DNA of 64,000 bases from Scenedesmus sp. PABB004 (lineage: Eukaryota). Shown piece by piece: positions 1 through 11,222 of this stretch. How positions within the stretch are numbered: the stretch's first letter is position 1; each line of letters starts with the position of its first letter. The stretch lies in assembly GCA_014905635.1 (NCBI GenBank), contig CM026547.1, positions 1,922,001-1,986,000 on the forward strand, read 5' to 3'. A program made the position numbers and the translations under genes. The notes below the pieces were generated by a model, which saw only the letters and a list, made by a program, of their open reading frames with translations, did not search any database and was not told the DNA's origin.

Positions 1-105
1 TTTGCAGCGGCCGACACCCGTCGCGCGCCGCGACGTCCCGGCCCACTCAGCGGCCGGCACAACGCGGCCCCCTCCCCTGCCCTCTTTGCTCCCCATGCTC
101 CCTGT

Positions 106-900
106 TCAAAACGTGGACGAGTTCCAGCCAAAGTCCGACCGCGCAACGTCCACAAACTGCGGCGGCCGCGGCCCGCGCGCGCGCGTCATCCAGGCCACAC
201 GCCGCGCGCCGGCCCGGCGCGCCGCGCGCACCTTGATGTACACTCGGCTGGGGTCGACCTTGAGCTTGCTCTTCAGCACGTCGCAGATTGCCGCCGAAAT
301 CTGCGCCCCGCGTGGGCGCCGGCTCGGGGCACGCGCGCGGCCGCGCCGCCGCGCCGCCGCGCCGCCCAGCGCGCGCCTGCTTGTTCTTGTCGCCGCCGAT
401 GGCGCCGATGCTGATGAGCTCAGCGTACGCACACGGCGCCTCGTTTCCGGAGTAGCACATGGGCTTGTCCGTGGTGAGGCTGACCATCACCCACTGCTCC
501 GGCTTGCCCACCGCCGCCGCGACCGCCTGGCGCGGGCGGCGCCGGCGGCGGGGGGCAGCCGTGAGCAGGGCGCCCGATCCCGCACGCTGGGCGCCGCGCC
601 GACGCACGCACGCGCATACCGCTGCCCGCGTGCGTCGGCGCGGCGCCCAGCTCTGACGGGACGGCCGCCCCCCGCGGCCGCACCTGACTCAGCGCCTTCA
701 GGCCGTCACTGGCGTCCACTCCATTGCCCGGGACTGCGATGCCGCGTCCGGGTGGAGCGCCGGGTGCGGCGCGCAGCAGCGGCCGCTGGCAGCGGCACCG
801 CCGCCCGCGGCCGCGAGCCTGGGCCTGCAGATGGGCGCGTTGCGGTATCACAGCGGTTGCAGCGCCGCGCACCGTTGGTGATGACGTTCAGCGTGGGCAT
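106..900 (-). CDS. MIF: Macrophage migration inhibitory factor / tautomerase family protein (5 exons)
   Basis: Spliced translation MPTLNVITN..VPGNGVDASDGLKALSQ/AVAAAVGKPEQWVMVSL..PCAYAELISIGAIGGDKNKQ/ISAAICDVLKSKLKVDPSRVYIK/FVDVARSDFGWNSSTF*; N-terminal catalytic Pro and typical C-terminal GWNxxTF. Confidence 0.92.
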
Positions 901-1414
901 GGCGGCGACGGCCGGCTGCTGCAGATGCGCTGCGTGCGCGTGCGGGCTTGAGGCGCGTGATGGGCTGCGGCGGAGAGCGGCCGGCAGCAGCTTTGGGCAG
1001 CGCGGTCACACCGAACCAGCGGCGACGCGACCGTGCGCTTGGGCGCGCGCTCGCACAACCGCGGCGGCGCCGCCCGCCGTGTCAATCGAGCCGGTTCAGT
1101 CGCGGACAAAGAAGGAAAACGGATCACGCGCGCGGCCCACGCCCCAGGCCACACAAGGAGCCACGCCGACGCGCGGCGCTCGACCAACACAGGCGCAACT
1201 CGCTGGCACGCTAAGTGTGGGCGCGGCCGGCGGCCCCGCGCGAGGCGGGCGCCTGCGCCGGCGTGCGTTGGGCGGGACCGGCGCGGCGCCAAAGCCCCCC
1301 TCCTCCCGCCCCCCTCGCCGTCCCCGACGACAACGGACTCAACGCCCCGCCACGCCGCCGCGCGGCGGCGCGGCGGCCCACGCGCGGCGGCCCACGCGCC
1401 GCGCGGCGCGCCGC

Positions 1415-2787
1415 TCAGAGCTTGCTGGGCGCGGGCGGGAGGCCGACGTAGGAGACGAGGACGGTGATGTCGTCCATCTTGCCGCCCAGGTAGACGTAGC
1501 CCGCCTGGATGGCCGCGTAGCTGAACGGCGAGTGGTACTTGGCGTCGGACGCGCGCATGCGCGCATACCTGGCGCGCGCGCACGGGCGCGGCGCGGCGCG
1601 GCACGCGTGAGCGCGCAGCGCGTGGCTGCTGCGGCCGCCGCGGCGGCGGGCGGCCGCGCACCTGCAGAGCACTTGCGCGGCGGTCGTCGCGGTCTCGCCC
1701 TTGTCGCGGCACTTGCTCGCGATGGTCGCCGCCTCCTCGGCAAAGATGTTGTCCCACAGGCCGTCGCTGCCGGTGACGATGATGTCGCCCGGCTGCAGCG
1801 CCAGGTCAAAGCGCTGCGGCACGGGCGGCGGCGGCGGCGGCGGCGCGGCGTCGGCAGCGTCGGCGCGGCGCCCCGCCGGCCGCCGGCAGCGCGCTGTGGC
1901 GCCGCCGCGCGCGCTGCTGCGCCCGCGCCGGCGCCCGCTGCGCGCGCCGCACCATGGCGGCCTGCGGCTGGTCGCTCATCGAGTCTGCGGAGCCGAGCTG
2001 GAATGGGAAGTTGAAGTTGTGCTGCTGCTGGGGGCACTGGAACGTCGCGGCGCCGTCGCGCACGAGCACAAAGCCGCTGTCGCCGAGGTTGGACGCCGAC
2101 AGCGTGGTGCCGTTGACCACCAGCACGCACGCCGTGGAGGAGCCTGGCGGGGGCGCGGGGGGAGGGGGGCAGCCGGGGAGGGGGCGCGCGCGTCGGCCAG
2201 GCGCACGCCCCGCCGCCGCCGCGCGCGCGGCGCCACGTGCCCGCGCGTCCGCGCCGGGGCGCAGTGCGCGCGCGGCGCACCCTGCACGTTGGTGCGGTAG
2301 AAGGCCGACTCGAGGATGGCCTGCGACGACAGCGTGCCCGCGGCGAGGTCCTCCGCGGCAGAGTCGGCCGCCTCCTTGGCGTGCACCATCAGCAGCCGCG
2401 CGTACGCGCCCGCGTCCACGCCAATCTCGGCCTGCCGACGCGGCGCGGCGCGGCGGCGGCGCGTCGCACGCGGCGCACGGGCGGGTGCGCGGGCGGGCGG
2501 GCGCGCGCGGCGGCGGCCGAGCGGCAGCAGCCCCCGCGGCGCGGCGCGCCGCACCCAGCCGCCCACGCCGTCTGCCACGCCCACGGCGGCCTGGTGGTCG
2601 GCGATGAAGAAGCTGTCCTCCCCGCCGCGGTGCGCCTTGTCGGGGTGCGGCAGCATCGCGGCGCCGCTCTGCAGCAGCAGGCGGATCGCGGGCCCCGCGC
2701 CGGCGCCGCCGGCGCCGCCGCCGTCGCCGTCGCTGCTGCTGCTGCTGCTGCTGCTGGGTGGCGCGCCGTCGCCGGCGGCCGCCGCCG

Positions 2788-2822
<35 letters not shown>

Positions 2823-3841
2823 GCTGCCTGGACGCCAGCGGCGGCTGCTGCTGCAGCCGCGGGCGCGTCCGCGCCGTCGCCGGCGCCTGCAGCTGCGGGT
2901 CCTGCGCTCGCCGCGCTGGCCACGGCTGTGGCCGGCGCATCAGCTGGGGCCGCGACGGCGTCGGCGCCAGCGCCGGGCGCGGCCGCTGCAGGCGCGGGCG
3001 CGGCCGCGGGCGTGGCCGCAGGCGCCGCTGCTGCTGCAGGAGCTGGCGCCGCCGCCGCCTGGCCGTTGCCGTTGCCGTTGCCGGCGGGCGCCGCCGCCGG
3101 CGCCGCCTCAGCGCCGCTCGCCGCCGCGGGCCGCTCGCTGCTGTTGCCGTTGCCGTTGCTGCTGCTGCTCGCAGCTGGGCTGCTGCTCGCCGCGCCGCCG
3201 TTGTCGCCCGCGGGCTCGCAGTCGGACAGCGCCGTGCCCGCGCGGCCGCGGTCGCCGAGCAGCGCGCCCGCCTCGCTCAGCGGCAGCGGCGCCGCGCTGG
3301 GCGGCGCCGCCACCGCCTCCTCGGCGTTGAAGGAGCGGCTCCAGACCGCCACCTTGCGCTGAAGCGGCATCACGGGCCAGGCCTGCGCGGCGCGGCGGCG
3401 GCGCGGAGCGGGTGAGCGGCGACTGGCCGCGGCAGCGGCGCGCGCTCGCGGCGGCGCCGCGCCGCGCCGGCCGCGCCGCAGGCGGCGCCGCGGCCCCCCG
3501 TGACGCGGAGCGCGCCCCCGGGCCCCTCGCGGGCGCCGGGAGCACAGCAGGGGCGCCTGCCGGCCGCCCTGGCCCGCAACAGCAGCGCCTTGTCCCCCGG
3601 GCGCGCTCACCAACGCGTGGCGCGGCCCCGCAAGCGCGGCGGCCGCGCCGGGAGCGGGTGTGCGCAGACCGGACGGCCTCGCGTGCATGCAGGGCCGCAG
3701 GGGGCCGCTGAGCGCGGCGCGATGCATCTGCGCCGGCGCCGCGCCCGCCGCGCCGCCGCGCGGGGCGAGCAGGGTCATTGCCGCTGCCAGCAGGCGGGAG
3801 GTGGCTGTGGTGAGGTGGGAGCGCGACGGCAGGCGCAGCAT
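1415..3841 (-). CDS. PTC7-type PP2C protein phosphatase with long low-complexity, probably organelle-targeting N-terminus (multi-exon; start approximate)
   Basis: Motifs [68 protein letters not shown]. Confidence 0.9.
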
Positions 3842-4255
3842 CAGCCGCTCGCTGCTGCGTGCCGGCAGCAGGGAGCACGCGGTCACGCGGTGGGCGCTGC
3901 GGAGTCGACAGAGTGTGGGCGGTGCTGCGGGAGCGCAGCGTCAGGCGTCGCTTGGCATCGCGCTGTGCCCGCGCGCCCGCCGCCTGCTTCCGGCACGCCC
4001 GATCGACGCGCCCAGCTGCCGGATGCGCGCCCAGCGCTGACGATCGAGTGGCCCGTGATGGCTCGGCCTGCGGCGCGCGCCGGCGGCGCGTGCCGCGGCC
4101 GGCGACCAGCGCTGGTCGCGCCGGCGGCCGGCCGCGGCGCAACCGCCGCCGCGCGGAGGCGGGCGGCCGGCGGCGCCAGGCAGCTGGCCCCAGGCCCTGG
4201 CAGCAGCTGGGCACCTGAGTGCGGCGCGCGCGGTGAGCGCAGCGCGCCCGCTCTG

Positions 4256-5511
4256 CTACTCTTCGTCCGCCCCCGCGCCGCCCCGCTCCTCGCCGTCGCG
4301 CTCCTCCTCCCAGTCCTCCTCCCGCTCCTCCCCCCCGCCGGCGCCGCCGCCGCCGCCGCCGCCGCGCGGCCACTCGCGGCGGGTGGTGTAGGCGGCGTAA
4401 AAGGGGCGGTACCCCATCTTTGCCGCCGCGGGCACGATCACGCCCTGCACAAACTCCCACGTCGCGGGCGGCATGTCCGACAGCACCACCTCCGCGCGCC
4501 CGAGCGTCATCCAGCGCTGCACGGGGCTCACCGCGAGCGGCGACTCGTAGTCGTACCCGAGCCCTGCGCGGCGTCGGCGTCGGCGCAGGCGCGGCGCGCT
4601 GGCCGCGCTGGCCGGCGCCGCGTCGGCGAAGGCGCGGCGCAGGCGCGGCGCAGGCGCGGCGCAGGCACGGCCCGCGGCGCGCGGCGCGCCTGCGAGCGTC
4701 TCGAACAGCGCCTCGCCGTGCCGCGCCGGCGTGAAGGTCAGCTCGAGCAGCAGGTCGGAGCCGTTGGCGCCGCCGCCGGCGTTGAAGAGCATGTGCGACT
4801 CGCCTGCGCGGCGGCAGGGGCGAGGCGGGGACGGCGCGCGGCGCGCGTGGCTGGCGCCGTGCGGGCGGCCGCGGTGCGGGGGGAGCGGCGCCGCGCCGGC
4901 ATCCGCGGGCCGCCGCCGCCGCCGCGGGCGCACCCGGGCGCACTGTCAAGACCTCGCCCGCCTCAGCCGACTGCACGTGGTGCTGGTGCCCCACAAAGTA
5001 GCCGAGCTTGCCGGACACAACGCGCACGCGCTCCTCCTGGTGGAGGTGGTAGTGCGCCGGCTCGGAGCCGGGCTTGTCTGCGGCGGCGGCGCGCGGCGCC
5101 GCGTGGGCGGTGCGCGGCACGCGGAGCGCGCCAGCGGGCGCCAGCTGCGGCCGGAGCGCGCCGCCGCACCCCGCACGGCGCCGTACGCCTGCGCGCGGAT
5201 GAGAACCTCCACCGTGAAGTACTCGCCCGCGGTGTCGTTCTTGCCGACCAGCACGCGGTACCGCGTGCTGTTGCCTGCGCACCGGGCGGCGACGCGGCAG
5301 CGGTTGGCGGCCGCGCCGTGCCGCGCGGGCGACCGGGCTTGGCACTGCGCCCCGCTCGGCACGCACCCGTGCGCGCGTCCTCGATGTACACCTTGTCGTT
5401 GAAGTTGGTGCGCTGCTTGCGAGACACCTGCCACTGCACGCCGCCCGCCATCAGAATAGCGCAGCCACCGAAGAAGAGCGCCTGAAACAGGAAGCCCGGC
5501 AGCTTCGGCAT
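4256..5511 (-). CDS. Cupin-domain protein with N-terminal hydrophobic segment (multi-exon)
   Basis: Cupin motifs PAHYHLHQEERVRVVSGKL and GEVLTVRPG/ESHMLFN; N-terminus MPKLPGFLFQALFFGGCAILMAGG. Confidence 0.75.
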
Positions 5512-6371
5512 CGCGTCCCACGTCGCCCCACCGCCCGAGCGGGCGGGCGGGCCTGGCGGGGCCGCGCGGCGCGGCGCGCGGGCGGCGACGGCAGTCGCGC
5601 TGCTGCTGCGCGCTGCTCTGCGCGCCCGGGCGCGCCTGGCGCTGCAGCGGCCCACCACGCCTGCTGTCCGGCTGGCAAGTGTCGGGGCCTGCAGGGGTCA
5701 CCACCACCCTCTGGACGGCCGCGCAAAACCGCTCGTGCGAACAGCGCAAGTGACACCCTCGACCGCCGCCCGCGATTATTTATCTTGCAGCGACCCCCCC
5801 TGCCTATGGGCCGCCACACGTCTCAGTGTGGCCCCAGCCCCTGGGCACGCGTCGCAGCGCGCCGTGCACACTGGACCAGGCAGGCTGCTCGCTGGCCGAC
5901 AGCCACCGGCTGGCTCGGCGCGCCCTCTGCAGCGTGCGCATCGCAGCGCACAGCTGGTCTGACTCCAGGCCCGCGCTCGAGGGCGCTGGGAGCATCACGG
6001 CGCAGCCGCCGGAGGCGCTGCCACAGTCGCGGCCCCAACTGGCGCCGCGGCCGCCAGGGCTGCGGGGGCAGCGGGCACCGCAGCGGCTGCGACGGGCACC
6101 GCGGCCACGGGAGCCGCCACGGGCGCCGCCACGGCACCTGCGGGTGCTGCCGTGGCCGGCAGCAGTGGCACGAGCGCCGGGCGCTCGAGCACGCGCCCCG
6201 CCATGCCCGCCAGGGAGTCTGCGGGCGGGCGGGCGGGCGGGCGGGCGGCGCTGAGCAGCTCGGCAGCGGGTGCGGCGGCGCGGCGCGGCGCGCCGCGCTG
6301 GCACCCACCGGCGGCCTGCGCCAGGTAGTCGGTGACCTGGGCCCCCGTGCCGATCAGGCACTTGACCGGCC
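5509..6371 (-). repeat. Left arm of ~860-bp inverted duplication (copy of 7515-8369)
   Basis: Reverse complement matches 7515-8369 with a few substitutions and small indels (e.g. TATTTATCT vs CAG near 5778). Confidence 0.95.
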
Positions 6372-6732
6372 GCCGCTCGTGCACGCTGCGGCCGCCGCGC
6401 GTAGTGCTGTTCGCGCGGCCGCGCCTCGTGCGCTGGCCCTGGCTGGCCGCTGCAAGCGCGGCTGTTGGAGGCGACGCGCGTGGAGAGCTGGGACCACGTA
6501 CAGCCTGCGCCCGTCAACCACCGCGCAGCTGCCAGAGCGCGGGAAGCCGGCTGGTTCCCGCGCTCCCGGCCTCGCGCAGCCCGCGCACGGTGGGCAGCAC
6601 CTGTTCATAATCAAGCCTCTGCTTCATCAAGCTCACTCGCCTGCTTTGAGCCGCACGGAGGGCGCGCGCGCGGTGTGGAGGCCTTCGCGCCCTGCAGCTG
6701 CTCGCGCGAAAGGCAGGCGCAGCGGGCGCACA

Positions 6733-7891
6733 ATGGCGCGCGCGCGGCCTGGAGCTCTGATGGTGGCTCTGGTGGCGTTGGCGGGTGCGCAGCGACGCCT
6801 TGCCCACCGCGCCAGGCTGCACTCGTGGCTCGCAGCTGGCGCGGGCCTGGCGGGGCGCGCTGGCAGTGGCGGGCCTGGCTGGGCGCGCTGGCAGCGGCTG
6901 GCTGCTCACGCCACCACCGCTGACCCACGCCCACGTGCTCCGCAGGCATTGTCGCCGTCGCTGCAGCCCACGGCGCGCAGCCCGGCAGCAGGCGCCTGCT
7001 GCAGCGCGCCGGCAACGACGACAGGCGCCCCACCAGCGCCGCCGGCAGCGGCCAGCGCGCAAGGAGCGCCGCCCCGGCCGGCCCGCCGCGCCGGCGAGCG
7101 GACGCGTGGGCGCGCAGCGCCCGGCGGCGGGGCGGGGCGCGGCGGCGACGCCGCTGCCGCGGGCGCCCGCGCGGCCCGTCGCGAGGCAGGTGGCGGTGCC
7201 GCAGACGGCGCAGCAGCAGGCCCTGGCCAGCCTGGACATGGGCTTGGTTCCCCGCCTCAACCTCACGAGCGGGCTGGCCAACCTGGAGGACAGCCTGGGC
7301 GGGCTGGTTGAGGAGTACCGGGCGCAGGGCGGGTTCTGGTCGGGCGGCAGCCTGCAGAACAACGTGGTCAACGCGGTGCAGCTGGGGGTCAAGGCGAGCG
7401 GCGCGCTCTTTGCGCCGCTCGTCAACGGCTTTGCCAGCGCGGTGCCAATCACGGTGCCGAGCGTGGCGGGGCACTGCCTCACTGGCACGCCCATCCCGCC
7501 CGAGAAGCGCGGCGGGCCGGTCAAGTGCCTGATCGGCACGGGGGCCCAGGTCACCGACTACCTGGCGCAGGCCGCCGGTGGGTGCCAGCGCGGCGCGCCG
7601 CGCCGCGCCGCCGCACCCGCTGCCGAGCTGCTCAGCGCCGCCCGCCCGCCCGCCCGCCCGCCCGCAGACTCCCTGGCGGGCATGGCGGGGCGCGTGCTCG
7701 AGCGCCCGGCGCTCGTGCCACTGCTGCCGGCCACGGCAGCACCCGCAGGTGCCGTGGCGGCGCCCGTGGCGGCTCCCGTGGCCGCGGTGCCCGTCGCAGC
7801 CGCTGCGGTGCCCGCTGCCCCCGCAGCCCTGGCGGCTGCGGCGCCAGTTGGGGCCGCGACTGTGGCAGCGCCTCCGGCGGCTGCGCCGTGA
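6733..7891 (+). CDS. Putative secreted protein of unknown function with Ala/Pro-rich tail (multi-exon)
   Basis: Signal-peptide-like MARARPGALMVALVALA/GIVAVAAAHG, followed by SRRLLQ; exon LDMGLVPRLNL..GHCLTGTPIPPEKRGGPVKCLIGTG; stop at 7889-7891. Confidence 0.65.
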
Positions 7892-8369
7892 TGCTCCCAG
7901 CGCCCTCGAGCGCGGGCCTGGAGTCAGACCAGCTGTGCGCTGCGATGCGCACGCTGCAGAGGGCGCGCCGAGCCAGCCGGTGGCTGTCGGCCAGCGAGCA
8001 GCCTGCCTGGTCCAGTGTGCACGGCGCGCTGCGACGCGTGCCCAGGGGCTGGGGCCACACTGAGACGTGTGGCGGCCCATAGGCAGGGGGGTCGCTGCAC
8101 TGATCGCGGGCGGCGGTCGAGGGTGTCACTTGCGCTGTTCGCACGAGCGGTTTTGCGCGGCCGTCCAGAGGGTGGTGGTGACCCCTGCAGGCCCCGACAC
8201 TTGCCAGCCGGACAGCAGGCGTGGTGGGCCGCTGCAGCGCCAGGCGCGCCCGGGCGCGCAGAGCAGCGCGCAGCAGCAGCGCGACTGCCGTCGCCGCCCG
8301 CGCGCCGCGCCGCGCGGCCCGCCAGGCCCGCCCGCCCGCTCGGGCGGTGGGGCGACGTGGGGCGCGATG
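7515..8369 (+). repeat. Right (source) arm of the inverted duplication: 3' end of the secreted-protein gene plus the intergenic region up to the DTWD1 ATG
   Basis: Reverse-complement match to 5509-6371. Confidence 0.95.
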
Positions 8370-9796
8370 GCGGACGCCTCGTACTTTGCGAGCCGGCGGC
8401 CGGCCTGGGCGCCGGCGGGCCTGCCGGCGGCCCTCGAAATCGCCTCGCGCGCGCCGCTGGAGGCCTGCTCGTCGCGTCAGGCCTGCCCCAACTGGTGCGT
8501 AGCATCGCGAACGCGTGTGTTCCCGGCGCGTGCGGCCAGCGGGGGCGCACCATGCGCGCAGCGGCGGCGGCTGCCACGCCTGACGCTCGCTGCCGGATGC
8601 CGCCGCGCAGCGGGCGCTCGCGCTTCCTCTACTGCTACGACTGCTGCCTGCCCTTCACGGAGGTTCCCAGCCTGACCGTGAGTCGGCGGCGGCAGCCAGC
8701 GGCCAGCAGTAGTCGGCGGCGGCGCGCGTGGCGCCGACGCGCTGCCCCCCGCCACGCAGCTGCCGTTCCGGGTTTCCATCATCACGCACCACGCCGAGGC
8801 GCTGAGCAAGAACACGGGCGTGCACGCGGCGCTGCTGTGCGGCGGCCAGGTCGACATGCACAGCGTGGAGCAGCTGCCCGCCGGCGTCGACCCGGCGCGC
8901 TGCGCCGTGCTGTTCCCCAGCGACGACGCGCTGCTGCCGGAGCAGCTGGACGTGGCGCAGCTGGACCGGGTGGTGATCATCGACTCCAAGTGGTGCGCCG
9001 CCGCCGCCGCCGCCGCCGCGTGCAGCGCGCAGGCGGGCGCAGCCGCCGCCGCGGCTGCACCCCACGATGCCGGCTGCGCTGCTGCCCTCGCCCTCCCTCT
9101 CCCGCGCCTCGCCCTGGCAGGCGCAAGGCCAAGGAGATCAACTGCCACCCAGCGCTGGCACGCATGCCGCGAGTGCGCTGGGGAAGGGCGGCGGCTGCAG
9201 GGGGGCGGGGCGCGGCGGCAGCCAGGGCCGCCGGCTCGTGCCGACGAGCCTGCCCTGCCGGCGCGGCCGCTGCCGGGCAGGTCAAGCTGCCGGGCAGCCC
9301 GCGCTCGGCGTTCTGGCGCTTCCACACCGACGGCACCTCGGACGAGGGCGTCTGCACCATCGAGGCGCTGCACCTGCTGCTGCGGGCCCTCGCGGCGCGC
9401 CTGCCGGGCCCGCCCTGGCACGCGGCGCCGGCCTACTTTGACAACCTCCTCTGGTTCTTCGCGCACCAGCACCAGCTCGTGGCGCGGGCGGCCGCGGAGC
9501 GGCAGGCCAAGCGCGCCGCGGCGGCCGGCGGCGGCGGCGAGGGCGAGGGCGAGGGCGAGGGCGGGGGCGAGCAGCCGCTGGAGCGCTACCCCCTGCAGCC
9601 CAGCAGGAAGCGCCAGAAGCAGCAGCAGGCGGCGCCCTGCAAGCCAGGGGCACCGAGGGGGCAGCAGCAGCAGGAGCAGCAGCAGCAGGAGCAACAGGAG
9701 CGAGAGCAGGAGGGGCACGAACAGCAGCAGCAGCAGGAGCGGCAGGAGGAGCGGCACCCGGCCGGCGCGGGGCGTGTTGCGGCAGGCGTCGTGTGA
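8367..9796 (+). CDS. DTWD1: DTW-domain tRNA-uridine aminocarboxypropyltransferase (DTWD1-like), multi-exon
   Basis: CPNC/..YCYDC zinc motif, ITHHAEALSKNTGVHA, AVLFPSDDA, VVIIDSKW (DxTW variant), SAFWRF, TIEAL, FDNLLWFF. Confidence 0.85.
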
Positions 9797-9888
9797 CAAG
9801 CCCAGTTGTTGCACAGCCCAGCACCCCCTCCCCCCTCCGCTCTCAGCCGCAGGCGCGCGCTTGTGCAGCGCGGCGCCGGCCCGCGCGG

Positions 9889-11100
9889 TCAATAGCTCAC
9901 GTACACGCCGCCGCACGCGCCGCACCCCGGGCTGCGCCGTCGCGCGGCGGCGGCGGCAGCCGCGCGCGCCGCGCCCGCCACGCGCTGCGCCTCGGCGACG
10001 GGGCTGCGCCGCCGGCGCGGCGCGCCGCTGAGCAGCAGCACGTCGGCCAGCGGCCTGCCAAAGTCTTCTTCGTAGAGTGTGCGCAGTGGCGCGGTGCCCG
10101 CGTGCAGCAGCAGCGCGTGCAGCGGGCTGGCGGGCCCCACGTCGAGCACGGCGAGGCGGCCCCGCCAGTAGAGCATGTTGCGCAGGTCCATCGCGCGGGC
10201 GTTGAACGTCAGGCGGCTGCCCGCCGCGCAAAAGCCCAGGTCGTACGGGAACGACGCGTCGCGCGGGGGGAACTCGGCCGCGTGGAACAGCAGCCCGACG
10301 CCGCTGGCGGCGGCCGCACTGCGGTTGGCGCCGGCGCCGTCGCAGGGCGCCGGCGCGAAAAACAGGTGGGCGTGGAACAGGTCCCAGCGGCTCAGCTGCG
10401 GCGGCGGCGCCCCCAGCTTGCGAGACAGTGCCGCGCGGCCGTCTACGACGCCGGCAAAGAGCGAGGCGGTGAACGCGGAGAGCTCAGGGTCGCGCCACAC
10501 GTGCGCCCAGGGCTGGCGCGCCAGCTGGCAGCGCGCCGCTACGGCGCGTGGCGGGGCGGGCGGCGGGCGCGTGGGCGCGTGGGCAGGCGGCCGGGCGGGG
10601 GCGGGTCGCTGACAGGCTGTCAGCGAGCCGGCGATCACCGCGCGCCCACCTGCCGCGCCGTCGACGTCCGGCAGCGAGGCCCGCCCGGGCGCGAGCGCAG
10701 CACGCACGCCGTCCGCGCCGCGGGTGTCGACGGCGGCGCACAGGCGCGCCCAGGCCGCCGGCGGCGGTGGCGCCGCGGGCAACAGGTGCACGCCGAGCGC
10801 GGCCGCGCTGGCCGCGGCCCCGCCGCGCCGCCGCAATCGCGAGGCGCCGCTCGTGTGCGGCGCCAGGAGCCGAGCGAGCTCTGGGTGTGCGTCCTCACCC
10901 GCCTCGATCTGACCCAGCACCGCGGCAGCGACCTGCTGTCGAGTGCTGCACGCGGCGGCGCCCGTCGGCCGGGCGGCGCTCGCTGCCGCTGCTGCCGTGG
11001 CCGTGCGGGCGCCGCCGGCGCCCTGGCGCGGGTGCCAGCCGCTGCTGGGAGCCAGCAGCATCGTCTCCAGCAGCAGCAGCAGCAGCAGCAGTGCGCTCAT
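9889..11100 (-). CDS. Uncharacterised protein with predicted signal peptide
   Basis: MSALLLLLLLETMLLAP N-terminus; complex non-repetitive block WDLFHAHLFF..GLLFHAAEFP..FPYDLGFC..MDLRNMLYW..LRTLYEEDFG. Confidence 0.6.
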   Translation of the reverse strand: MSALLLLLLLLETMLLAPSSGWHPRQGAGGARTATAAAAASAARPTGAAACSTRQQVAAAVLGQIEAGEDAHPELARLLAPHTSGASRLRRRGGAAASAAALGVHLLPAAPPPPAAWARLCAAVDTRGADGVRAALAPGRASLPDVDGAAGGRAVIAGSLTACQRPAPARPPAHAPTRPPPAPPRAVAARCQLARQPWAHVWRDPELSAFTASLFAGVVDGRAALSRKLGAPPPQLSRWDLFHAHLFFAPAPCDGAGANRSAAAASGVGLLFHAAEFPPRDASFPYDLGFCAAGSRLTFNARAMDLRNMLYWRGRLAVLDVGPASPLHALLLHAGTAPLRTLYEEDFGRPLADVLLLSGAPRRRRSPVAEAQRVAGAARAAAAAAARRRSPGCGACGGVYVSY

Positions 11101-11222
11101 CAGCCGCAGCGTGTCGCGCAGCTGCTGCTGGCCCTGCGTCGCGGACCCGGCAGCGCTGCCAGCTGCTGCGAGGCGACACGGAGCCCGGCCGGGAGCGGGG
11201 AGCGGGGAGGCCGGCACCAGTT

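Noticed and set aside
5509..8369. Inverted repeat read as transposon terminal inverted repeats
   Set aside because: The arms are host gene and intergenic sequence; no transposase and no target-site duplication seen
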